Source of the DNA: Pseudolabrys sp.
GTDB lineage: Bacteria > Pseudomonadota > Alphaproteobacteria > Rhizobiales > Xanthobacteraceae
DNA: 64,000 nt
Direction: 5' to 3'
Assembly: GCA_035701545.1 (NCBI GenBank)
Contig: DASSRW010000077.1
Location: forward strand, 688 to 64,687
Under the pieces are notes generated by a model. The model saw only the letters and a program-made list of their open reading frames with translations. It searched no databases and was not told the origin of the DNA. Position 1 is the first letter of the stretch. Each line of letters starts with the position of its first letter. The position numbers and the translations under genes were made by a program. Positions 19,314 through 27,757 of the stretch are shown here, piece after piece.

Positions 19314-20188
19314 GCGCTTTCCCGCAAGGGTAGTCCGGCGGCGCGGGCGAGGGCGCGTTCGGTCAGCACGCCCAGCAAGGCGCGCCGATATTCGCCGGGC
19401 GCGTGAATGTCGTCAGCAGGATTGACACTGGCGGCTGCCGCCGCGCCAGCCTCGCGAATGAGCGGTTCCGTCAAGAGTTTTCGTTCAAGGACGGCTTCCG
19501 CCGCGGCAAGCCGCAAGGGCACATCGCCAACGCCGATCGCACCGACATGAGCGTTCGCTGCGCGGCCATCCGCGCCGACATCATAAAACAGCGCGACCCC
19601 GGCGAGGGCAAAATCGCCGCGACGCCGCGCGAACTCCTCGAAAGCCCAACGGCGACCTTGCGGCCATGGCGGGAGCCGCACCTCCACGATCAGTTCGTCC
19701 GGCTCAAGCGCCGTGGAAAGCGCCGCGACAAAAAATTCGGCCGCCGGAATTGTCCGGCGGCCGCGCACGCCGGCAACGACGATCTGCGCATCGCAAGTGA
19801 CGGCGATCCCTGGCATTTCCGCCGCGGGATCGGCGTGGGCGAGGCTGCCGCCGACGGTGCCGCGGTTGCGGATCTGGTAGTGCGCGACATGCCGCACCGC
19901 TTCGACCAGCAAGGGATGCGCGCGGCGCAGCTCATCGCTGCGTTCGATGTCTCGCCACCGCACGAGCGCGCCAAGGGCAATTCCGTCGCCGCCGACGGTG
20001 ATCTGGTTGAGGCCCGGGATGCGGCCGATATCCACCAGCAGGCGCGGGGCGGCAAGACGGAACGCCAGCATCGGGACGAGGCTTTGTCCGCCGGCGATCG
20101 CCTTGGCGTCGGATCCGTGCTTCGCCAGCGCCCCGATCGCGTCCTCCAACCGGGTCGGCCGCACATACTCGAACCGGGGAGCCTTCAT
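19310..20188 (-). CDS. CoxM-type FAD-binding subunit
   Basis: AGGQSLVP, QIRNRGTVGGSLAHADPAAE, RRRGDFA. Confidence 0.95.
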   Translation of the reverse strand: MKAPRFEYVRPTRLEDAIGALAKHGSDAKAIAGGQSLVPMLAFRLAAPRLLVDIGRIPGLNQITVGGDGIALGALVRWRDIERSDELRRAHPLLVEAVRHVAHYQIRNRGTVGGSLAHADPAAEMPGIAVTCDAQIVVAGVRGRRTIPAAEFFVAALSTALEPDELIVEVRLPPWPQGRRWAFEEFARRRGDFALAGVALFYDVGADGRAANAHVGAIGVGDVPLRLAAAEAVLERKLLTEPLIREAGAAAAASVNPADDIHAPGEYRRALLGVLTERALARAAGLPLRESA

Positions 20189-20203
20189 CGGTGAACGTTC
20201 TAT

Positions 20204-20233
20204 TTGACTCGGCTTCGCTGAGATCGTTAGCAT
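20204..20233 (+). promoter_or_regulatory. Candidate sigma70 promoter TTGACT-N18-TAGCAT for the M20/ABC operon
   Basis: Motif match in the short divergent gap 20189-20256. Confidence 0.4.
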
Positions 20234-20256
20234 ACAAATAATTCGGGGATGAGCAA

Positions 20257-21543
20257 ATGCTCGATCGGTCCGCGAAAGACCACGTGTGCAGCGCCGTCGA
20301 CGCGCTGCACGAAGAGCTGACCAGGCTCGGGCTCGATCTCGGAAATATCGAAGCGCCGCTCGGCAAGGAGCGCGAGGCCGGCAACTACGTCTACGAGTGG
20401 ATGGCGCAGAACGGCTTCCGGCCTGAGCGCATCGGCGTCTACGAGGACCGTTTCAATGTCATCGGTGGCGTCGCTGGCACCGGTGGCGGCCCCAGCCTCT
20501 CCTTCAACAGCCATCTCGACACCATCATGTCGCGCGAAGACAGCGCGCGCTTCACTGACGCGAATGACCGCATCTACCACAAGGCCTGGCTCGAAGACGG
20601 CAAGATCTGGGGCTATCCGCTGGTCAACTGTAAAGGCCCGATGGCCTGCTGGTTGATTGCCGCCAAGGCCCTGCAAAACGCCAAGGTCCGGCTGAAGGGC
20701 GATCTCGTCCTCTCGGCGGTGTGCGGCGAGTTGTGTGGCGACACGGTCGACGAATTCCAGGGCCACGACTATCTCGGCAACGACATCGGCACGCGTTTTG
20801 CGATCACGCACGGCGCGATCAGTCATTATGCGCTCGTCGCCGAAGCCACCAATTTCAAGCCGGCGTGGGTCGAGGCCGGCAAGGTCTATGTAAAGATCAC
20901 CGTTTATGCCGGGCCGTCGCGTTACACGCCTTACGTTCCGCGCCCCCTTCCGGCGCTGAAAAGCCCAAATGCGATCGTGCGCATGGCCAAGCTCATCGAG
21001 GCGATCGAGGAATGGGCCGACAGCTACGAGAAGCGCTACACCAAAACCTATAGCGGCGGCACCGTGGTGCCGAAGGCCGTGATCGGCGCGATCCGTGGCG
21101 GCGTTCCCTACAAGGTCTATCGCATTCCCGAGCTGTGCTCCATCTATCTCGATGTCCGCCTCAATCCTGACACTTCACCTCTGACCATCAAGGACGAACT
21201 CGACGCGATTGTCGCCAAGCTCGACGTGAAAGCGGAGGTGCGGCCGTTTCTTTACCGGCGCGGCTTCAACGCCGAAGGGATCGAGCCGCTCAGGGACTCG
21301 CTCGAAACCGCGCACCAAAGCATCATCGGCAAGCCATCGGAACCGGCCGGCGCCCCGGAGTGCAGCATGTGGCGCGACATCAATCCCTACAACGAGCTCG
21401 GCATTCCGTCGCTGACCTACGGCTGTGGCGCGGGCGCCGGCGGCGGTAACACGTATTTCGCCGTCGAGGACATGATCAAGGCGGCGAAGATCTACGCGTT
21501 GACCGCCATGGAACTATGCAACCGCAATACGACAACGGGCTAA
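20257..21543 (+). CDS. M20/ArgE-DapE family amidohydrolase with atypical metal-ligand motifs
   Basis: GPSLSFNSHLDT, NCKG in place of DMKG, VAEAT, overall ArgE layout. Confidence 0.8.
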   Translation: MLDRSAKDHVCSAVDALHEELTRLGLDLGNIEAPLGKEREAGNYVYEWMAQNGFRPERIGVYEDRFNVIGGVAGTGGGPSLSFNSHLDTIMSREDSARFTDANDRIYHKAWLEDGKIWGYPLVNCKGPMACWLIAAKALQNAKVRLKGDLVLSAVCGELCGDTVDEFQGHDYLGNDIGTRFAITHGAISHYALVAEATNFKPAWVEAGKVYVKITVYAGPSRYTPYVPRPLPALKSPNAIVRMAKLIEAIEEWADSYEKRYTKTYSGGTVVPKAVIGAIRGGVPYKVYRIPELCSIYLDVRLNPDTSPLTIKDELDAIVAKLDVKAEVRPFLYRRGFNAEGIEPLRDSLETAHQSIIGKPSEPAGAPECSMWRDINPYNELGIPSLTYGCGAGAGGGNTYFAVEDMIKAAKIYALTAMELCNRNTTTG

Positions 21544-21567
21544 AGCCCGGGCATCAGGGAGGAAATT

Positions 21568-22542
21568 ATGGCGAAGACTTTGCTGGCTTTCACAAGCGCA
21601 CTGTTCTGCCTTGCGCTCGGTGCGTCGGTGTATGCAGCGGACGTCAAGACGATGTCGATCATTACCATGAACGACACGCCTCAGTTGCTTGAGGTCAAGG
21701 ACGGACTGCTCAAGGGGCTCGCCGCCCACGGTTATACCGAAGGCAAGAATCTCAAGGTCGACTTCAAGAGTGCCCAGGGCAATTTCGGCACGGCGCAGCA
21801 GATCGTGCGCCAGTTTATCGGCGAAAAGCCGGATGTGATCGTGACGATCACCACGCCGACCAGCCAGGCGGCGGTCGCCGCAACCAAGGAAATCCCGATC
21901 ATCTTCACGACGGTCACGGATCCGCTCAAGTCCAAGCTGGTCACCCGGCTCAAGCATCCTGGCGGCAATGCGTCCGGCATATCGGACCTGGTGCCGACGG
22001 AACGGCAACTCGATATCGTCAAGGAAATCGTGCCGAAGCTGAAGCGGCTCGGCCTCGTGTACGATCCAAGCCTCGATAACGCTCGCTCGACGGTGGAGAG
22101 CATCAAGGCGCTGGCGCCGAAGATGGGCTTCACGACAGTCGAATCGCCGGCGATGGGGCTCAATAACGTTCCGAGCGCCGGACAGGCGCTGGTCGGCAGA
22201 GTCGACGCAATCTTCGTGCCGAACGACACGACGGTCTACGGCGCCTTCGAGTCGCTGGTGAAAGTCGCGCAGGACGCCAAGCTGCCGATTTTCACGGCGG
22301 AACGCCGTAGCGTCCAACGCGGGGCGGTCGCCACCGTCGGATTCGACTTCGTCGACATGGGCAAGCGCACCGCCGACATGGTCGACAAGGTGTTCAAGGG
22401 CACCAAGCCGGGAGACATGGACGTCCAGTACATGAAGGACCTGCCGAACTCGCTCGCGCTCTACGTCAACAAGGAGTCGGCCGAGAAAATGGGCGTGAAG
22501 CTCTCGCCGGCTCTGCTAAAAAGGGCGGCGCAAGTCTTCTGA
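21568..22542 (+). CDS. ABC substrate-binding protein (ABC_sub_bind, putative aromatic amino acid-type family)
   Basis: Signal peptide; SAQGN, ITTPTSQA, IFTTVTDP, PGGNASGISD. Confidence 0.88.
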   Translation: MAKTLLAFTSALFCLALGASVYAADVKTMSIITMNDTPQLLEVKDGLLKGLAAHGYTEGKNLKVDFKSAQGNFGTAQQIVRQFIGEKPDVIVTITTPTSQAAVAATKEIPIIFTTVTDPLKSKLVTRLKHPGGNASGISDLVPTERQLDIVKEIVPKLKRLGLVYDPSLDNARSTVESIKALAPKMGFTTVESPAMGLNNVPSAGQALVGRVDAIFVPNDTTVYGAFESLVKVAQDAKLPIFTAERRSVQRGAVATVGFDFVDMGKRTADMVDKVFKGTKPGDMDVQYMKDLPNSLALYVNKESAEKMGVKLSPALLKRAAQVF

Positions 22543-22570
22543 CGCTTACGACGAGCTTTGGACGTAAAAC

Positions 22571-23467
22571 TTGAGTCTCTACGCTTTCACCGGCGCTCTC
22601 GAGACAGGGCTGGCTTTTGCGCTTGTCGCGTTGGGCGCCTATCTCACCTTCCGGGTGCTGGATTTCCCTGACCTGACGGTCGAGGGTTCGTTTCCGCTCG
22701 GCGCCGCAGTCGCCGCCAAGTTGATGGTCAGCGGCGTCGACGCCTGGACGGCGACGATCGTCGCAGGGCTCACCGGCTGCCTTGCAGGGTTCGCGACAGC
22801 CTTTCTCAATCTCAAGCTGCGTATTCTGCATATTCTTGCCGGTATTCTGACGGCCATTGCGCTCTATTCGGTGAACCTGCGCATCATGGATCGGCCCAAC
22901 ATCGGGCTCATCAACATGACGACGGTTTACACGCCGTTCGAAAAACTCGGCGTTCCCTCGCTTTATGCGCCGATGGTGTTGTTGCTGATCGTGGTGATCG
23001 TCGCCAAGATCGCCGTCGATCTCTTTCTCGGAACGGGATTTGGCTTGGCAATGCGCGCGGCCGGCGCCAACCCGCGCATGGCGCAGGCCAACGGCATTCA
23101 GGTCGGCCGCATGATCGTGGTCGGCCTGGCGATCGCCAACGGGCTGACGGCACTGAGCGGCGCCTTGTTCGCGCAGATGCTCGGGGCAGCTGATGTCTCC
23201 ATGGGCATCGGCGTCATCGTTGTCGCACTTGCGGCGGTCATCGGCGGCACGGCGCTGATGCCGTCCCGTCTCATTCCACTGCTGACGCTCTCCTGTGTCC
23301 TCGGCTCTATCCTTTACCGCATCGCCCTCGCGCTGGCGCTGAGCAGCGACGCCATCGGCCTGACCGCATCCGACGTGAATGTCGTGACAGCGGTGCTGGT
23401 TGCGGTCGCGCTCTGGGTGCCGGTGCGCAAATCCTCGCTGTTGCGGCGGGCAGGCGGTGCCAAATGA
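22571..23467 (+). CDS. ABC permease
   Basis: FRVLDFPDLTVEGSFPLG; multiple TM segments; TTG start. Confidence 0.88.
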   Translation: MSLYAFTGALETGLAFALVALGAYLTFRVLDFPDLTVEGSFPLGAAVAAKLMVSGVDAWTATIVAGLTGCLAGFATAFLNLKLRILHILAGILTAIALYSVNLRIMDRPNIGLINMTTVYTPFEKLGVPSLYAPMVLLLIVVIVAKIAVDLFLGTGFGLAMRAAGANPRMAQANGIQVGRMIVVGLAIANGLTALSGALFAQMLGAADVSMGIGVIVVALAAVIGGTALMPSRLIPLLTLSCVLGSILYRIALALALSSDAIGLTASDVNVVTAVLVAVALWVPVRKSSLLRRAGGAK

Positions 23468-24258
23468 TCGGTGTCGAAAATCTCGGCGTCACTTTCAACA
23501 AGGGCACCGCGCTCGAGAATCGCGCGCTGCATGGCGTCAATTTGACGATCGCCGCCGGAGAATTTGTCACCGTCATCGGCTCGAATGGCGCCGGCAAATC
23601 GACATTGCTCAATTTGCTGGCTGGCGAGATCGCACCGAGCACCGGCCGTATCTTCATGAATGGCACAGATGTGACCAGCTGGCCGGTGCACCGGCGCTCC
23701 GCAATCCTGGCGCGCATGTTTCAGGATCCGCGCGCCGGCATCTGCGAGGATATGTCGATCATCGAGAATATCGCGATCGCGGCGGCGCGCACCGCGCCGC
23801 GCGGGTTCCGCTTCGCCATCACCGACGACATCCGTCGGGCCGCGGTGGAACGACTCACAATGCTTGGACTCGGCCTCGAGAAGCGTCTGCACGACCGTGT
23901 CGCGCTGCTTTCCGGCGGCCAGCGCCAGGCCATGGCGTTGATCATGGCGACGCTCGGCACGACCAAGGTGCTGCTGCTCGACGAGCACACCGCCGCGCTC
24001 GACCCCGCCGCCGCCGAGCTGGTCATGAATCTCACCCGCGAGGTCGTGCAGAAATTCGGCATAACGACCGTGATGGTGACGCACAGCATGCGGCAGGCCC
24101 TCGATTTCGGCAGCCGCACGATCATGCTGCATCAGGGGCAGATCATCCTTGACATTGCCGGCGCCGAGCGAGCCTCACTCACGGTGGAGCAGCTCGTGCG
24201 AATGTTTCGCCGCAAGGAAGGCTCGGACATTTCCGACGATCAGCTTTTGCTGGCATAG
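23464..24258 (+). CDS. ABC ATP-binding protein
   Basis: GSNGAGKST, LSGGQRQ, LLLDEHTAALDP. Confidence 0.92.
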   Translation: MIGVENLGVTFNKGTALENRALHGVNLTIAAGEFVTVIGSNGAGKSTLLNLLAGEIAPSTGRIFMNGTDVTSWPVHRRSAILARMFQDPRAGICEDMSIIENIAIAAARTAPRGFRFAITDDIRRAAVERLTMLGLGLEKRLHDRVALLSGGQRQAMALIMATLGTTKVLLLDEHTAALDPAAAELVMNLTREVVQKFGITTVMVTHSMRQALDFGSRTIMLHQGQIILDIAGAERASLTVEQLVRMFRRKEGSDISDDQLLLA

Positions 24259-24301
24259 GCGGGACGCCTGGAAACGGCCGCTGCGGCAGTGAGGGGCCGT
24301 C

Positions 24302-25273
24302 TCAAAGCAGCGATTTCAGCCGCGTCATGTCGATGTTGCCGCCGCTCACGACGCAGCAGACGCGGCTTCCCGCGGGCACATTGAGTCGTCCGCTCGTCAG
24401 CGCCGCGACCGAGGCGGCCCCTGCGCCTTCGCTCAGCCATTTGCAGCGCGCGAGCAGCATGCCGATTGCGCCGACGATTTCTTCATCGGAGACAAGAACC
24501 ACCGAAGCGACGTGATCGCGCACGATCGGAAATGTCCGCTCGCCGGCAAACGGGGCGCCCAAGCCGTCGGCGATGGTTTGCACTTTCTCGATTCGGACCG
24601 GCTTTCCGGCTTCGAGGCTGCGCGTCATCGCCGCGGCCCCGGTCGGCTCGACGCCGATGATCCTGGTGCGCGCCTTCGTGGCATTGCGCGCCAGCGCCAC
24701 ACCTCCGATCAACCCGCCGCCTCCGATGCCAACGATGATGGCATCGAGATCGGGCAGGTCGGCGACAATTTCGAGGCCGAGCGACGCGTGACCCTGCATG
24801 AGATCGTCGTCGTCGAACGCCGATACAAATGTGAGATTCTCCGCCTTTTGAATCGCCATGCAGTGTGCGACCGCTTCGGCGATGTCTCCGTGCAGCACGA
24901 CCTTGGCGCCGTAGCCGCGGGTTGCTGCGGCTTTGCTGGCGCTCGCGGCCTCGGGCATCACGACGGTGACGGGAGTCCCGGTGATCAGGCCGGCATAAGC
25001 GAGCCCCTGCGCGGCGTTGCCGGCAGAAAACGTGATCGCGCCGCGGGCGCGATCTTCCGGTTTCAGCGTCAGCAACTTTGCCAGCATGCCGCGCGGCTTG
25101 AACGAGCCGGATTTCTGGAACAATTCGGCCTTCAGATAAACGTCATAGCCGGTAAGCTTGCTAAGGAAATCGGAGTGAACGACAGGGGTGCGATGCAGAT
25201 AGGGCGCGATGCCGCGCGCAATGCCCTCAAGTTTTTCGAGGCTCGGTTCAGCCCGCGGCATGGCGACCGTCAT
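24302..25273 (-). CDS. PLP-dependent threonine/serine dehydratase or serine racemase-like enzyme (no ACT domain)
   Basis: ELFQKSGSFKPRG, SAGN, GGGGLIGG, VVSGGNID. Confidence 0.9.
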   Translation of the reverse strand: MTVAMPRAEPSLEKLEGIARGIAPYLHRTPVVHSDFLSKLTGYDVYLKAELFQKSGSFKPRGMLAKLLTLKPEDRARGAITFSAGNAAQGLAYAGLITGTPVTVVMPEAASASKAAATRGYGAKVVLHGDIAEAVAHCMAIQKAENLTFVSAFDDDDLMQGHASLGLEIVADLPDLDAIIVGIGGGGLIGGVALARNATKARTRIIGVEPTGAAAMTRSLEAGKPVRIEKVQTIADGLGAPFAGERTFPIVRDHVASVVLVSDEEIVGAIGMLLARCKWLSEGAGAASVAALTSGRLNVPAGSRVCCVVSGGNIDMTRLKSLL

Positions 25274-25448
25274 CGTTCGTGCGGATCGAGCGCATTGCGC
25301 AAAACGGATTGATCAGAGCCTGACTCGTGATTGCTCCAGCCCCGGCCTGTGCATAGGGGACCAAGGCGCCGACCGCGAAAAAGCGGGTCGCCACCGCGAC
25401 TCCGAATTTTCCGGTCTGCGCATCGCGCGCAATGATGGACCAAGTCAT
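25248..25448 (-). pseudogene. Truncated DUF1028 (Ntn-hydrolase-like) gene, 5' fragment only
   Basis: MTWSIIARDAQTGKFGVAVATRFFAVGALVP...AITSQALINPF resembles the DUF1028 N-terminus; similarity stops near 25300; GGAG RBS present. Confidence 0.75.
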
Positions 25449-25597
25449 GCGCTCACTGGTGCTCCCTGCCTTTTATTGCACGGGGTCCTGCAAAAGTCTC
25501 CGTGGATTCGATCAGAGCCGGAGCCGCCGCTGCTCGCGGCAGTTGGCCGAAATATCCTCAATGGAGGTAAAGTGATCTCGAAAAGCACCCGGGAACG

Positions 25598-27757
25598 CTA
25601 AGCAGAGCGCATCCGATGCGGCTGTCCTTTGCCGAGCAACGTTTTGAGTGCGGATGTGTCGGACAGCACAGCGAACGTTTCCGCCGCATCGAGAAGTGCC
25701 GTCGCTTCTTCACGATTCTCCGTTTGGGCGATTTTCGCCAATCCAACCACGAGATTTACGTTCACGTCGCCTTTTGCTTTCGGCGCCGGGGCCTGCAACA
25801 TTTTCAGATGTGCGGAGTAGAGGCCTGGGTCGCTGATCAAGCATGCGAACGGCTCGCGGATCGGGATCGATTTGTATTCGTCGGCCAGCTCATTTGCCCG
25901 CTGCAGGATTCGCGGTGTAGTGCGCTCCTCCGGTGTCAGCAGAAGCCCGGCGGCGCGAAAGCCGCGGCCTACGGACGGAATCGCGGTCAGCCAGCCGACC
26001 GGGATGGTCAGGACGAGGCCGGCGACCACCGGCAGCATCCAAACAAGGAGCGGAGTCGAGACAGAATACGCGCCTGCGCCGAGCACGAATCCCAAAACGG
26101 TAGGAGAGATGTAGCGTCGGACGAACCCGGTCCGGCTGAAGCTGCCGTCGCCGCGTTGCTGGGCGGACCAGCCTGCGTCGCGGCCGAGCATGATTTCCGC
26201 CACCGAGCGACTTTGCATCAGCATCATCACTGGGGCGATCAATGCAGAAATGACAATTTCCACAATTGTGCTTCCCAGCGCGCGCAGCGTTCCGCCGATC
26301 GCCCGCCGCTCCTTCCGCCGGACGACCGCCGCAATCCACCCAAGGAACTTCGGCACGAGCAGCATCGCCATCGTGCCGGCAAACACATAGGCCGACCGGA
26401 TCGGGTCCTGCATCGGCCATTGCGGAAACAAGGACGCGTGGTGCGGAAAGTAGTCGGGCGGAATGAACCGCGCCTGGAGGGAAATCAGAATGCCGACGAG
26501 CAGGAAGATCAGCCAAAGCGGCGCGGTGACATAGGCTCCGATGCCGGTCAGCAGGTGCAACCGCGACACCCAATGCAGGCCGCGCGCCGGCAGAATTGCC
26601 GCATGCTGCAAGTTGCCCTGGCACCAGCGGCGGTCACGCGTGAGGTAATCGGCGAGGGTGGGCGGGCATTCTTCATAGGAGCCGCCAAGTTCAGGCAGCA
26701 AATGGATCGCCCAGCCGGCGCGGCGCATCAACGCCGCCTCGACGAAATCGTGGCTGAGAACATGGCCGCCGAAGGGCTTTCGACCGCGCAAGGTTGGCAA
26801 CCCGGCCTCGCCGGCGAAGGCTCGCACGCGGATGATAGCGTTGTGGCCCCAGTAATTGCTTTCGGCGCCGTGCCACCACGCGACGCCCTGGGCGATGAGC
26901 GGACCGTAGATGCGGCCCGCAAACTGCTGCAGCCGCGCAAACAGCGTGTTGCCGTTGAGGAGCAAGGGGAACGTCTGGATGAGGCCTACTCTCGCGTTCC
27001 GCTCCATCGCGCCGGTCAGTCGCACGATGGTCTCGCCCTCCATCAGGCTGTCGGCGTCAAGAACGATCATGTGATCGTAGGCCCCACCGAACCGCCGAAC
27101 CCATTCGCCGATATTGCCCGCCTTCCGGCCGGAGTTGTCGGCCCGATGCCGATAGTAGAGCGGCTTGTCGCCGGTTGCGGCGCGCAGGCGGAGGAAGGCC
27201 GCTTCTTCGGCAATCCAGACGGCCGGATCGCTCGTGTCGCTCAGGATGAAAAAATCGAAATCGGGAAGACGGCCGGTCTTGCGAACCGATTCGTAAATCG
27301 CCTGCATTCGTGCCATCACGCGGTGCGGATTTTCGTTGTAGGTCGGCAAGAGCAGGGCGGTGCGGGACCTGAGGCTGGGCAATTCGTTGCTGTCTATTCC
27401 GAGCTTGCCGCCGCGGACGAACAGCAGTGCGACAAAGCCGACGATCGCGCTGACAAACGACAACGCAATCCAGGCGAACAACAGAATGAAGAGAGCAAGC
27501 ACCAGCTGCTCGAGCACGGTCATGCCCCCGACCTGGAGCACCTCGTACATTTCGTAAGCGGCCACTCCCGTGAGCGAGATCGCCGCGGCGAACACAAACA
27601 GCCGCCGCAAGCGAATGAGCGGCACGCCTGTGGCAGGCGCATCCGCGCGGGGGCGCGGCCCCCAAAGCGATTGCTGCGGCATCGCAAGCGGCGCTTCCGG
27701 GGGAAGCGTCTCGAGGTCGCGCGCCGCTTCGCTTGCCGATTGCGCTAGCGCGTCCAT
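25598..27757 (-). CDS. opgH: Osmoregulated periplasmic glucan glucosyltransferase OpgH/MdoH
   Basis: LLLPTYNE, RKAGNI, VLDADS, YWGHNAIIR, LSHDFVEAA, RDRRWCQGNLQH. Confidence 0.95.
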   Translation of the reverse strand: MDALAQSASEAARDLETLPPEAPLAMPQQSLWGPRPRADAPATGVPLIRLRRLFVFAAAISLTGVAAYEMYEVLQVGGMTVLEQLVLALFILLFAWIALSFVSAIVGFVALLFVRGGKLGIDSNELPSLRSRTALLLPTYNENPHRVMARMQAIYESVRKTGRLPDFDFFILSDTSDPAVWIAEEAAFLRLRAATGDKPLYYRHRADNSGRKAGNIGEWVRRFGGAYDHMIVLDADSLMEGETIVRLTGAMERNARVGLIQTFPLLLNGNTLFARLQQFAGRIYGPLIAQGVAWWHGAESNYWGHNAIIRVRAFAGEAGLPTLRGRKPFGGHVLSHDFVEAALMRRAGWAIHLLPELGGSYEECPPTLADYLTRDRRWCQGNLQHAAILPARGLHWVSRLHLLTGIGAYVTAPLWLIFLLVGILISLQARFIPPDYFPHHASLFPQWPMQDPIRSAYVFAGTMAMLLVPKFLGWIAAVVRRKERRAIGGTLRALGSTIVEIVISALIAPVMMLMQSRSVAEIMLGRDAGWSAQQRGDGSFSRTGFVRRYISPTVLGFVLGAGAYSVSTPLLVWMLPVVAGLVLTIPVGWLTAIPSVGRGFRAAGLLLTPEERTTPRILQRANELADEYKSIPIREPFACLISDPGLYSAHLKMLQAPAPKAKGDVNVNLVVGLAKIAQTENREEATALLDAAETFAVLSDTSALKTLLGKGQPHRMRSA

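Noticed and set aside
16528-20188. Aerobic CO dehydrogenase (coxMSL)
   Set aside because: Active-site loop TYRAPGR matches neither AYXCSFR nor AYXGAGR; no coxDEF
24274-24300. Terminator between the ABC ATPase and the dehydratase
   Set aside because: Only an imperfect ACGGCC...GGCCGT hairpin without a U-tract; too weak to call
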